DNA of 64,000 bases from Alkalispirochaeta sp. Its GTDB lineage: Bacteria; Spirochaetota; Spirochaetia; DSM-27196; Alkalispirochaetaceae. This document shows positions 20,106 through 28,194 of the stretch, one piece after another. Where the stretch lies: assembly GCA_965242725.1 (NCBI GenBank), contig CBDESZ010000034.1:1-64000 (forward strand). The letters are read 5' to 3'. A program made the translations under genes and the position numbers. Position 1 is the first letter of the stretch. Every line of letters begins with the position of its first letter. Under the pieces are notes generated by a model. The model saw nothing but the letters and a program-made list of their open reading frames with translations. It made no database searches and was not told where the DNA came from.

Positions 20106-21521
20106 GTGGCTGGCAAAAAAGTTGTACCCTTCAAGATTTTCGTGAACCAGTATCCTTCTGCACTGAAAGAGCTTCTCCGGCGGCAGGAAAACGTCATATG
20201 TCGCAATAAACAGACCGGACGTATTAAGAATATTCAGCTCCGGGCGCTCTTCCGCAACAACCGCTCCTTCTGGATGCAGGAGGAGACGTGGGAATATTAC
20301 CTGGATCGTGCGGTCGTCGACCGGATGGTTGAAGCGGCGCGAAGACCGCAGACAGCCGGCGCAGAGGACGCAGCGGAGCCGTCAGGCGGCGAAGAGGGCC
20401 GTGAAGAGGGCGGTGAAAGAAAACCCGAAGGCCCGCCGAATTTCGGCGCCCTCTATCATCACATGAAAGAGCTGGAAGTCCCCGAGCGGGTTGACGCGAT
20501 CGTGGAGTCCACCCAGAAGCTGGACGAGCTACTGCGACAGGAACACCCCCAGCGAGACGAAATCGCCCAGACCCTCGTCAATGCGACGGAAGTCACAACG
20601 ACGGCGAATCGCGCCACCCTTCTCGAAGCCCTTCGTCTCGGCAACGACCAGGCAAAGGCGTACACCCAGGATGTCGTCAAGGAGACGCACCGTATGGTTC
20701 GTTCGACGATAAACCTGGTGGATGCCGACCTCTACGATGATGAGCTTGTCCGGGCGGTGATGGAACGTTCCAACGGAACGGTTGTGCAGCACATGACCCG
20801 CGTCTTTCTGGGGGGCCTGGAGTTTCTCCTCTACTACAACAAGCAGGTCATGGCCAAGGGTATCGCAAACCGCATTCGTATCAGATTTGCCCGGAATTAC
20901 AAGGAATTCTATCGCAACCTGCTCCCCCACCTCCACGATGATTATTTGACGCTGGAACACATATTTTACGGCGGCATGAAGTCCCTCAATGAGGTGGAAA
21001 TCAACAAGTTCGCGACGGGATTTCTCGTGCACGATGTCGGTAAGGCGGAAGACATCGAATATCACGAAGGCGACGCCGGGTATGACAGGGAAACGGTGGA
21101 GCGTCATGTAAAGATCGGGTACAAGGCGGTCATGGACAAGACAAGCTATCCCCGGGAAGCAGGATTGATAACCGGATATCACCACGAGTATTACGGCCAC
21201 CCCGGAGGATACGGTTATTTCCGCGAGTTTCTTGAAAACTACAAACGAAGCAACCCCGCCGCCGTCCAGGACTATGTCATGTCCTATACGATGGAACCCC
21301 TCATTGACTATCAGGTTCTCGCCTATTTCCCCGCGAAGATGCTGGAAATCGTCGACGTCTTCGATTCACTGACCGATCCAAACCGGAAATACCGCAGCCC
21401 CCTCACACCGGAGGAGGCGTTGAAGCTGATGACCACCGAATTCGTTGAAAATAACGGAAAGATCGACCCGATCCTTTTCGATCTCTATTGCGATTTTCTC
21501 GAAGAAAAAGAGGGCCGCTGA
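20106..21521 (+). CDS. HD-GYP-like metal-dependent phosphohydrolase
   Basis: VHDVGK, HVKIG, HHEYYGHPGGYG and IVDVFDSLT..RKYR motifs. Confidence 0.85.
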   Translation: MAGKKVVPFKIFVNQYPSALKELLRRQENVICRNKQTGRIKNIQLRALFRNNRSFWMQEETWEYYLDRAVVDRMVEAARRPQTAGAEDAAEPSGGEEGREEGGERKPEGPPNFGALYHHMKELEVPERVDAIVESTQKLDELLRQEHPQRDEIAQTLVNATEVTTTANRATLLEALRLGNDQAKAYTQDVVKETHRMVRSTINLVDADLYDDELVRAVMERSNGTVVQHMTRVFLGGLEFLLYYNKQVMAKGIANRIRIRFARNYKEFYRNLLPHLHDDYLTLEHIFYGGMKSLNEVEINKFATGFLVHDVGKAEDIEYHEGDAGYDRETVERHVKIGYKAVMDKTSYPREAGLITGYHHEYYGHPGGYGYFREFLENYKRSNPAAVQDYVMSYTMEPLIDYQVLAYFPAKMLEIVDVFDSLTDPNRKYRSPLTPEEALKLMTTEFVENNGKIDPILFDLYCDFLEEKEGR

Positions 21522-21532
21522 GTCAGCGGCCC
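21512..21532. terminator. GC hairpin between convergent genes
   Basis: GGGCCGCTG-AGT-CAGCGGCCC overlapping the stop codon; no clear U-tract. Confidence 0.4.
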
Positions 21533-21566
21533 CGTATTCTGCAGATCATATAATCGAGGTCGCTTC

Positions 21567-22628
21567 CTACCGTCCCAGGACCATCCCGTCGAAATAGGAT
21601 CGCATGGCGGCGACAAATTTCCTGCTGACGGCGGTTTCTATGTCCCGGTAGGCAAAGGCCCGCGCCGCTTCTTCACTGATACCTGACGCGCGGTTCTCTT
21701 CGTCGAAGTTCACAAGACTCCGTCCGTCACGGGTCGTCATTTCGAGCCGGAGCGTCCAGCGAACCGATTCAAAATCCGGATTGGACGCGATCGGCTCAAT
21801 ACGAACAGCCCCGGCAACGCTCAGGACTGCGTTGTTCTCCACCATGGGAAGACGTTCTTCGCTCAGTGCCTGTCGGAGGATCGCGACAATCCTCCCCTGA
21901 CTGTCGCCGTCGACGGAAACGCTGACCGTCATGTTCGCCGAAAGGTCCGCCTTGCGCTGAACGACCCTGTCGTAAACATAGGGCAGCTGTACCGTCTGGC
22001 CCATGCCGGGGGCGATAATGTTGAGCTGGTCCAGAAGAATTTCATTGCGCTCCGCAATGACCGTGGCGGCGCTCACATAGGCATAACGGCGGATAATGTC
22101 ATCACTTCCGTCGGCCTCGTTCAGGAAACGCCCCACCTGCTGACCGTTTCTTCCGATAAGGTCACGGTAAACCCGCGCCGTCGGAAGGCGTTCCAGATAG
22201 GCGATGACATGGACACGTCCCGTCTCATCAACGGCGGCTTCACCGAACTGGACGTTCAGGAGCGTCTGGTTTGACTTGACGCTTGAGTCCTGGGCAAGAC
22301 GAATTTCAGTCTCCGACATCGTACCCTGGGAACTCATGAGTTCCCGATAGCGTTCACTTTGACGGCTGTCCACGGAAATCCTGGCTTCAAAAATCTGGGA
22401 AAGTCCCGAGAGAGCCTGTTCTTCCGCTCCCCGCCGCGAGTCCCCGGTACCGATTGCGGTGAGGTATGTGTCGTCGGGGTAGACGCTTTGGGGATTGAGA
22501 AACCATTCGGGATAGTCGCCGCCGTCGCGCTCCGCCGTCGGGGGCACGGTCACACATCCGGCGAGCAGGAGGGAGATGACTCCGACCGACAAGACGGTCA
22601 ATACCAATCCATATCTCTTCGTACCCAT
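21567..22628 (-). CDS. LPP20-family lipoprotein
   Basis: LLAG-C lipobox; YPEWF...YLTAIGTG...AEEQALSGLSQIF pattern typical of LPP20 domains. Confidence 0.75.
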   Translation of the reverse strand: MGTKRYGLVLTVLSVGVISLLLAGCVTVPPTAERDGGDYPEWFLNPQSVYPDDTYLTAIGTGDSRRGAEEQALSGLSQIFEARISVDSRQSERYRELMSSQGTMSETEIRLAQDSSVKSNQTLLNVQFGEAAVDETGRVHVIAYLERLPTARVYRDLIGRNGQQVGRFLNEADGSDDIIRRYAYVSAATVIAERNEILLDQLNIIAPGMGQTVQLPYVYDRVVQRKADLSANMTVSVSVDGDSQGRIVAILRQALSEERLPMVENNAVLSVAGAVRIEPIASNPDFESVRWTLRLEMTTRDGRSLVNFDEENRASGISEEAARAFAYRDIETAVSRKFVAAMRSYFDGMVLGR

Positions 22629-22647
22629 TCAATACTCCTCACGACGA

Positions 22648-24066
22648 TCAGTTATTGTAGAAGGAACTTACCAGGTTGAGACCCTGCGCTCCCACCTCGA
22701 CGGGCCCGATCTCTTCGACCCATAACAGCCCGTCCCGTCCGAAATACTCGACGGAAATTTCGTAGGTTCCCGGATCCAGTTCCCATTCACCCACATAGGT
22801 ATAGGCAGGGAAATATCGGGATACCCTCACATCGGCCTGCTCGCTCGCGTCGACGGCGACATCGGTCGCTATGGAACCGATCAACCCCGCGGCGAGTCCG
22901 AGCGCGCTGCCCGAACTTTCCCCTGCAGCCTGCATCTGTTCCTTGCCTTTTTGCGCGACGATACCCTTGACGATCGTCCGCGTCACCGTCTTCAGGAATA
23001 TGATCGGTTTCTTGATCTGGAAGGTATCCATGGCGACACGCTCCATATCCTCCAGCAGCTGGAGCTCTCCGATCGGCATATCATCGGCAACAACGCGAAT
23101 TCGGTCTACGTCGCTGCCCCGCGCTTCCATGCGGGGCAGCTGAAATTTGAAACGGTAGCCGCCCTCCACTCCCGGGTAGTAAAACGACGTATACTGCTCG
23201 GGAATGAGTATCCCCGCGTCACCCTCGCCGGCATAGATGATCTCCACCCGGTTGTCGAAGGTCACAACGTAGAGCGTCTCCGCCCGTTTCAGCGGTGCCT
23301 CCCCGATGAGAGAAAGGACACTCAGGCGTCCCTGCTCCGTCGGTTCGATGACTGAGGCATCAAGGGGATTGGGGAAATGATAGATGTTTCCCTGCCGGGC
23401 AAAGGCCTCCTGAATGTATTGCCAGTCGATACGGGCGCCGTCAAAGTCACCCTGCCCGCGGTACATAAGCAGACTGAGATACCGGCCCAGGGCGCTGTTG
23501 TAGAAACGACTTTCCCCGACTTCTATGTCCACCGCCGAATCTTCCGCCTCGTTATAGCGTGCGGCCAGCCCCTGATACTTGTCTTCCAGGAAATTGAGTT
23601 TGTCGTTGATACGTCGGACTTCAACAAATGCGGCGGATTGGTTCCCCTGCTCGAGGAATGCCAGCGCCTTGAAGACATTGAGGTAGATATCTTCAAAATC
23701 CTCGCCGGCATAGTCGATCTGGTTATCATTCAGGAGAAAACTCGCCGCCGCCTGACTGACGCTTCTCGTGTAATACTCTTCTATGAGACGTTCCGCCTCT
23801 TCAAACCGCTGAATACTCGTAGCGTAGTCGCGGTTGTAGAGATGGAGCATTCCGCTGTCGAGATAATAGAGGACGCCGTCGCGATTTCCGTAGAGGGAGT
23901 CACTGTTCTCTTCAAGTACGGAGACTGCCGTACCGTAGTCACCGCTTCGGGCCGCCTCATCGATCTCCACAAATTGAAGATTTCTGGTGGTCATGCACGA
24001 AGAAAGGATGACCGAGGCGACGACAATCGCCGCCTGCAAAGAAATAGTCCGGGAGTTACGGCCCAT
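22648..24066 (-). CDS. COG3014-like TPR lipoprotein
   Basis: LSS-C lipobox; LYYLDSGML, YAGEDFE, AFVEVRR and ADVR..P motifs; directly downstream of lpoB. Confidence 0.72.
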   Translation of the reverse strand: MGRNSRTISLQAAIVVASVILSSCMTTRNLQFVEIDEAARSGDYGTAVSVLEENSDSLYGNRDGVLYYLDSGMLHLYNRDYATSIQRFEEAERLIEEYYTRSVSQAAASFLLNDNQIDYAGEDFEDIYLNVFKALAFLEQGNQSAAFVEVRRINDKLNFLEDKYQGLAARYNEAEDSAVDIEVGESRFYNSALGRYLSLLMYRGQGDFDGARIDWQYIQEAFARQGNIYHFPNPLDASVIEPTEQGRLSVLSLIGEAPLKRAETLYVVTFDNRVEIIYAGEGDAGILIPEQYTSFYYPGVEGGYRFKFQLPRMEARGSDVDRIRVVADDMPIGELQLLEDMERVAMDTFQIKKPIIFLKTVTRTIVKGIVAQKGKEQMQAAGESSGSALGLAAGLIGSIATDVAVDASEQADVRVSRYFPAYTYVGEWELDPGTYEISVEYFGRDGLLWVEEIGPVEVGAQGLNLVSSFYNN

Positions 24067-24078
24067 GAAATCCTCCTC

Positions 24079-24687
24079 CTACCAGCGGCGTCGGCTCTGT
24101 TCGATGATTTTCTTTATCTCTTTTTGACCGAGCCAGACCTTTTCACTCGTTTCGATATTTATGAGTTCCAGATCCACCTGGTAGAAGACTGCCCGCTGGC
24201 CTTCCACCGCGTCGACGATGGAAGAGATACTGCCCTGGAGCATGAAGTCCGCCCCCGTCTCGGCACCAAGACGGGAAATCGTTTCCTGTGTCGCCTGGGT
24301 CTGCTGGTCCATACGCTCCGCACGCAGTTCCGCGCGCTGCTCCGCCGCGGCTACAAACCGCACCATACCGCTGTTTACCAGCTCCCGCTCCATATCGTTT
24401 ATGAAGGTGTCGGTATTTATATGTTCCGAGCTCAAGTTACGCACCGTTCCGACGATGACAACCGGTTCCCGGTCGGTACGGGAGGAAAACCTGCTCAGCC
24501 ACGGTCGCTGCAGGAGATCGTCAATCATCTCTTCCGCAACGAGTCGCGAATCCGTATCGTTCCAGCGTCCGCTGAGATCGGTCTGGGTGTCCGCCGCCGT
24601 CCTCTGGACGGTCCTGCTCGGTGTGGCGCAGGCCGTGACATAAAGGGCGGCCAGTGCTATCAGAACTACACGCGCCGTGATCTTCAT
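24079..24687 (-). CDS. lpoB: Penicillin-binding protein activator LpoB-family lipoprotein
   Basis: VTA-C lipobox; DLSGRWNDTD, RNLSSEHI, GADFMLQGSI and YQVDLEL..KVW...IKK motifs; GAGGAGG RBS. Confidence 0.85.
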   Translation of the reverse strand: MKITARVVLIALAALYVTACATPSRTVQRTAADTQTDLSGRWNDTDSRLVAEEMIDDLLQRPWLSRFSSRTDREPVVIVGTVRNLSSEHINTDTFINDMERELVNSGMVRFVAAAEQRAELRAERMDQQTQATQETISRLGAETGADFMLQGSISSIVDAVEGQRAVFYQVDLELINIETSEKVWLGQKEIKKIIEQSRRRW

Positions 24688-24750
24688 TCCTTCCTCCTCA
24701 ATTCGTGAAAACATTGTGATCTTCACCGTTCAAGTTATACTATATTGGTC

Positions 24751-25575
24751 ATGATAAAACCAATTCGAGGTGCCCTCATCGTCGTATCGGCACTCCTGCT
24801 GAGTGCGATCGGCTGTGCAACCCCGCCTTCACAAACAATATCACATGGAGACGACGAGATGTCACCTGCCGGTACGGATATTCAACAACGAGATATGATA
24901 CCTCAACTTGCCGGTGATCTCAGGGGGTACCGCGGCAATCCTCTCTTTCTTGGCGTATCCCCTCGCCTGAGAGACCGAACCGACGAGCGTGATGCCGCAA
25001 TCCTCCACGTGGCGGAACAGGCGTCCCGATACGTACGATTCTTTGCGCAATACCGATACATCGTCGCGTCCAACGGAGGCGACATCGGATATGTCGACGA
25101 TATTTCCGGGTCATGGGACGATGAATATGCCGATTCACTCGTCGACAGCGTTGAAGTGATCAGGGAGTTGCAGGACGGCGAAGCGACCTACGTCGTGGCA
25201 TACGTCCCGGGGCTGCCGACGCCGCCGAACATCCCCGATTGGCGCTCCTCACCAGACGGTTCTCCCCGCTGGATAGAACGGCCGCCGGATGTTCCGGGAT
25301 ATATCACTGCGGTCGGCCTCTCTACACCGAGCCGTCGGATTCGGAACAGCATCGACCGCGCCGATCAGGCTGCGCTTCAGCAGATCCTTCTTAACGCGGG
25401 GACCACGGTGCGCATGATTCAGGATGTGGTCGACCGGCAACGTCACGGCACGCAGGCGACGACGACATCCGCCCAGGAGGCGGCGGCGACGCTGCGACAT
25501 TTTTACGTTGTCGCCCGGTATATTTCGCCCGATGGGCGATACTTTTACAGTCTCGCCGTAGCGAGGGAGGAATAG
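24751..25575 (+). CDS. Lipoprotein with a C-terminal LPP20-like domain
   Basis: AIG-C lipobox; PRWIERPP...YITAVG...ADQAAL pattern. Confidence 0.65.
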   Translation: MIKPIRGALIVVSALLLSAIGCATPPSQTISHGDDEMSPAGTDIQQRDMIPQLAGDLRGYRGNPLFLGVSPRLRDRTDERDAAILHVAEQASRYVRFFAQYRYIVASNGGDIGYVDDISGSWDDEYADSLVDSVEVIRELQDGEATYVVAYVPGLPTPPNIPDWRSSPDGSPRWIERPPDVPGYITAVGLSTPSRRIRNSIDRADQAALQQILLNAGTTVRMIQDVVDRQRHGTQATTTSAQEAAATLRHFYVVARYISPDGRYFYSLAVAREE

Positions 25576-25578
25576 GAT

Positions 25579-26658
25579 ATGTCGAGAGCAACAATGGTGC
25601 TGTTCTGCGCATTTTTCGTCGCGGCCGGTGCCGCATTCGGCCAGGATATCGGTCGGGTCGTCTACACGGAAGGGGAGGTCGAGCTTGTTCGGGACGATCG
25701 CATCCTCGCGTTTCCCGACCTTGATGCCGGTCTGGTCATACGGGAAATGGATTTCATTCAGACCGGAGGTGACGGATACGCCGAAATTGAACTGACGGGA
25801 AGCACGGCCGCCCTGATTCGCGTCACTGAAAACAGCGCCTACTACCTCACCGTCGAGGAACGGGACGGAACAACCTCGGCACGGGTAAAGCTCCTGAGCG
25901 GTACCGTCCAGGTTGCCGCAAATCGCATGAGCCGCCAGTCCCGGCTGGATGTCGAGACACGCACCGCCGTGTTCGGCGTCAGGGGAACGGAGTTCGACGT
26001 ATTGACCGCGCCCGATGAGGCTTCACTCCTGGGCGTCCGTGAGGGAACCGTATCGGCCGGATTCAACGGTTCGGACCGGAACGTCCAGGCGGGGTACGCC
26101 GCGGAAATCGCCCCGGACAGCCCATTGAGAACGGAAGCGGTTCCGGACGGAGATTTTCAGGAATACTATGCGCGCTGGAACGAAATCCGGCTTGCCGCAT
26201 TTCGCAGCGGCGCCCCGACGTTTGTATCCGCCTACATGAGACGGTACCTCGATACCCGGGGAGATTTTACCCGCACCTACCGGGACCTCGCCCGATTCAA
26301 AGGGCGCCTTCAGGATGCGGTGTCGAATACCGGCTCTCTCGGTTCAGACATGCTCCTGCGGCGGGAGGTGAGCCCCGCGATAATCCAAATGCGCAGCATC
26401 CTGCCCATTTTCGAGAATACGGTCTATCGCCTGCGGGAATTACGCAGGTACCATGAGGACGGTATTGGACGGACGACCGTGGACGGCCAGAGTTCGGGAC
26501 AGTTTTTCCGCGATTTCTCGCGTCAGGAACGGGATCATATCCGCCAGCTTGGTGAGGTGCGTACCATTTTCGCACTGTACAACCAGGTGGAACGACGCAG
26601 TTTCGGCGGTCTCCCCGGCGGCGGCTCGGACTTTCTCAACAACCGCCCTTCATTTTAG
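25579..26658 (+). CDS. Exported FecR-domain protein
   Basis: Signal peptide; YTEGEV, IQTGGDG, L.SG and TRTAVFGVRGTEF FecR-like motifs; GGAGG RBS. Confidence 0.8.
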   Translation: MSRATMVLFCAFFVAAGAAFGQDIGRVVYTEGEVELVRDDRILAFPDLDAGLVIREMDFIQTGGDGYAEIELTGSTAALIRVTENSAYYLTVEERDGTTSARVKLLSGTVQVAANRMSRQSRLDVETRTAVFGVRGTEFDVLTAPDEASLLGVREGTVSAGFNGSDRNVQAGYAAEIAPDSPLRTEAVPDGDFQEYYARWNEIRLAAFRSGAPTFVSAYMRRYLDTRGDFTRTYRDLARFKGRLQDAVSNTGSLGSDMLLRREVSPAIIQMRSILPIFENTVYRLRELRRYHEDGIGRTTVDGQSSGQFFRDFSRQERDHIRQLGEVRTIFALYNQVERRSFGGLPGGGSDFLNNRPSF

Positions 26659-26678
26659 GATCGCGTTACAGGGAAAAT

Positions 26679-28178
26679 TCAGAGGGGATGATCCCGTCGG
26701 ATCAGGTCGGCGGTGATCTTCCCCCCGAGCACCACCAGCGGCATGCCGCCGCCGGGATGGACGCTTCCCCCGACGTGATACAGCCCCCTGTACCGGCGGG
26801 AGCGATTGGGATGTCTCAGAAATGCGGCCGTTGTTGAGTTGGATGCGATACCGTAGAGACTTCCCCGGTAGGATCCCGTATTCGCCGCGATGTCTCCGGG
26901 AGTCATGACACCTTCCTCTTCGATTTCCCCTTCAAGGTCGACCTGCAGTTCCGCCTTCAGCCGACGCAGTACCGCTTCACGGACCCTGGCTACTTCTACG
27001 CTCCAGTCCTGACCGTAGTCCGCCGGAGCATTCACGAGGACGAACCAGTTCTCGCCGTCCCTCGGCGCGTCCCCGGGTGACCCCGCCTTGCTTGTTATGT
27101 TTATATAGATCGTCGGATCTTCTGGAGCGGTGAGATCGTGAAATATTCGACGAAACTCTCCGCGATAGTCGTCCGAAAAAAAGACATTGTGGAGACCGAG
27201 CTCCGGAAACAAACGCCTGACGCCCCAATAGAAGACAATTCCCGAGCTGGACGGCTCCTGTTTGCGGTAGCGTCGATATCCCGGCGCCTCCGTATCGTCC
27301 AGCAACCGTTCGTAGTTCGTAGTGACGTCCACATTGGAGACGACGATCTGAGCCGGGAAAAAGCGGCCATCCCCCCGGACACCTCTCACCGCTCCGCCGC
27401 CGTTCCGGTCGGTGACAATCGCATCGGCCCGCGTCCCGTACTCAAAACGGACGCCCAGCTCCCTTGCGACGCGCTCCATCGCCAGGGGTATTTGATACAC
27501 TCCCCCTTCAACAGACCACGCACCGATCCCGTATTCGACGTGAGGGATGATGTGAAGCGTTCCCGGCGTCCTGAAGGGATCGGAGCCGTTGTAGGTGGCG
27601 TACCGATTAAAAAACTGCCGTACCCGGGGATCCCTGAAGAAATGTTCGGTTGCGCCGTTCATCGTTCGCAGCGCATCGATATGGGGAAGTCTCACCAGGG
27701 ACTTCCAGAAGCCCCGCTGCAAATAGGTTCTCCGGTCATGGAGACTCCGCTCCAGGAACAGACGGGCGGTGATATCGTAAATACGCCGTGAATGGGCGAG
27801 AAAGCGAAGCACCCTCTCACGGGGCTCACCCGTTGCGGCCTCAAGGATCGCCGCCAGGGATTCTCCGTTTCCGGGAGCGGAGAAGCGCGTTCCGTCCCGC
27901 CAGAAGTAATTACAGATTCGGTCGAGGGGCGTCACCGTCACGTAGTCGTCAAATCGGGCGCCCCCGGCGGCAAAGAGATCGTCAAATACACCCTTGAGGG
28001 TGAGCAGGCTCGGTCCGGTATCAAAACGATACCTTCCGAACTGTGCCGTATACGCTTTTCCGCCCGGTCCCGTACGGCTTTCCAGCACCGTTACGTCGTA
28101 ACCCATCCCGGCAAGTCTGATTGCCGTTGCCAGGCCGCCCAAACCGGCGCCAACGACGACCACCGTCGATGTATTCAT
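26679..28178 (-). CDS. Phytoene desaturase family (CrtI/CrtD/CrtP-like) FAD oxidoreductase
   Basis: VVGAGLGGL, FDTGPS, YATYNGSDP and LYHVGGSVHPGGGMPLV motifs. Confidence 0.88.
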   Translation of the reverse strand: MNTSTVVVVGAGLGGLATAIRLAGMGYDVTVLESRTGPGGKAYTAQFGRYRFDTGPSLLTLKGVFDDLFAAGGARFDDYVTVTPLDRICNYFWRDGTRFSAPGNGESLAAILEAATGEPRERVLRFLAHSRRIYDITARLFLERSLHDRRTYLQRGFWKSLVRLPHIDALRTMNGATEHFFRDPRVRQFFNRYATYNGSDPFRTPGTLHIIPHVEYGIGAWSVEGGVYQIPLAMERVARELGVRFEYGTRADAIVTDRNGGGAVRGVRGDGRFFPAQIVVSNVDVTTNYERLLDDTEAPGYRRYRKQEPSSSGIVFYWGVRRLFPELGLHNVFFSDDYRGEFRRIFHDLTAPEDPTIYINITSKAGSPGDAPRDGENWFVLVNAPADYGQDWSVEVARVREAVLRRLKAELQVDLEGEIEEEGVMTPGDIAANTGSYRGSLYGIASNSTTAAFLRHPNRSRRYRGLYHVGGSVHPGGGMPLVVLGGKITADLIRRDHPL

Positions 28179-28194
28179 GAATGGAACATACCGC

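Noticed and set aside
23377..24708. 443-aa + strand ORF, and similar ORFs at 9686-10870, 11774-12895 and 53970-54968
   Set aside because: Shadow ORFs opposite well-supported genes.
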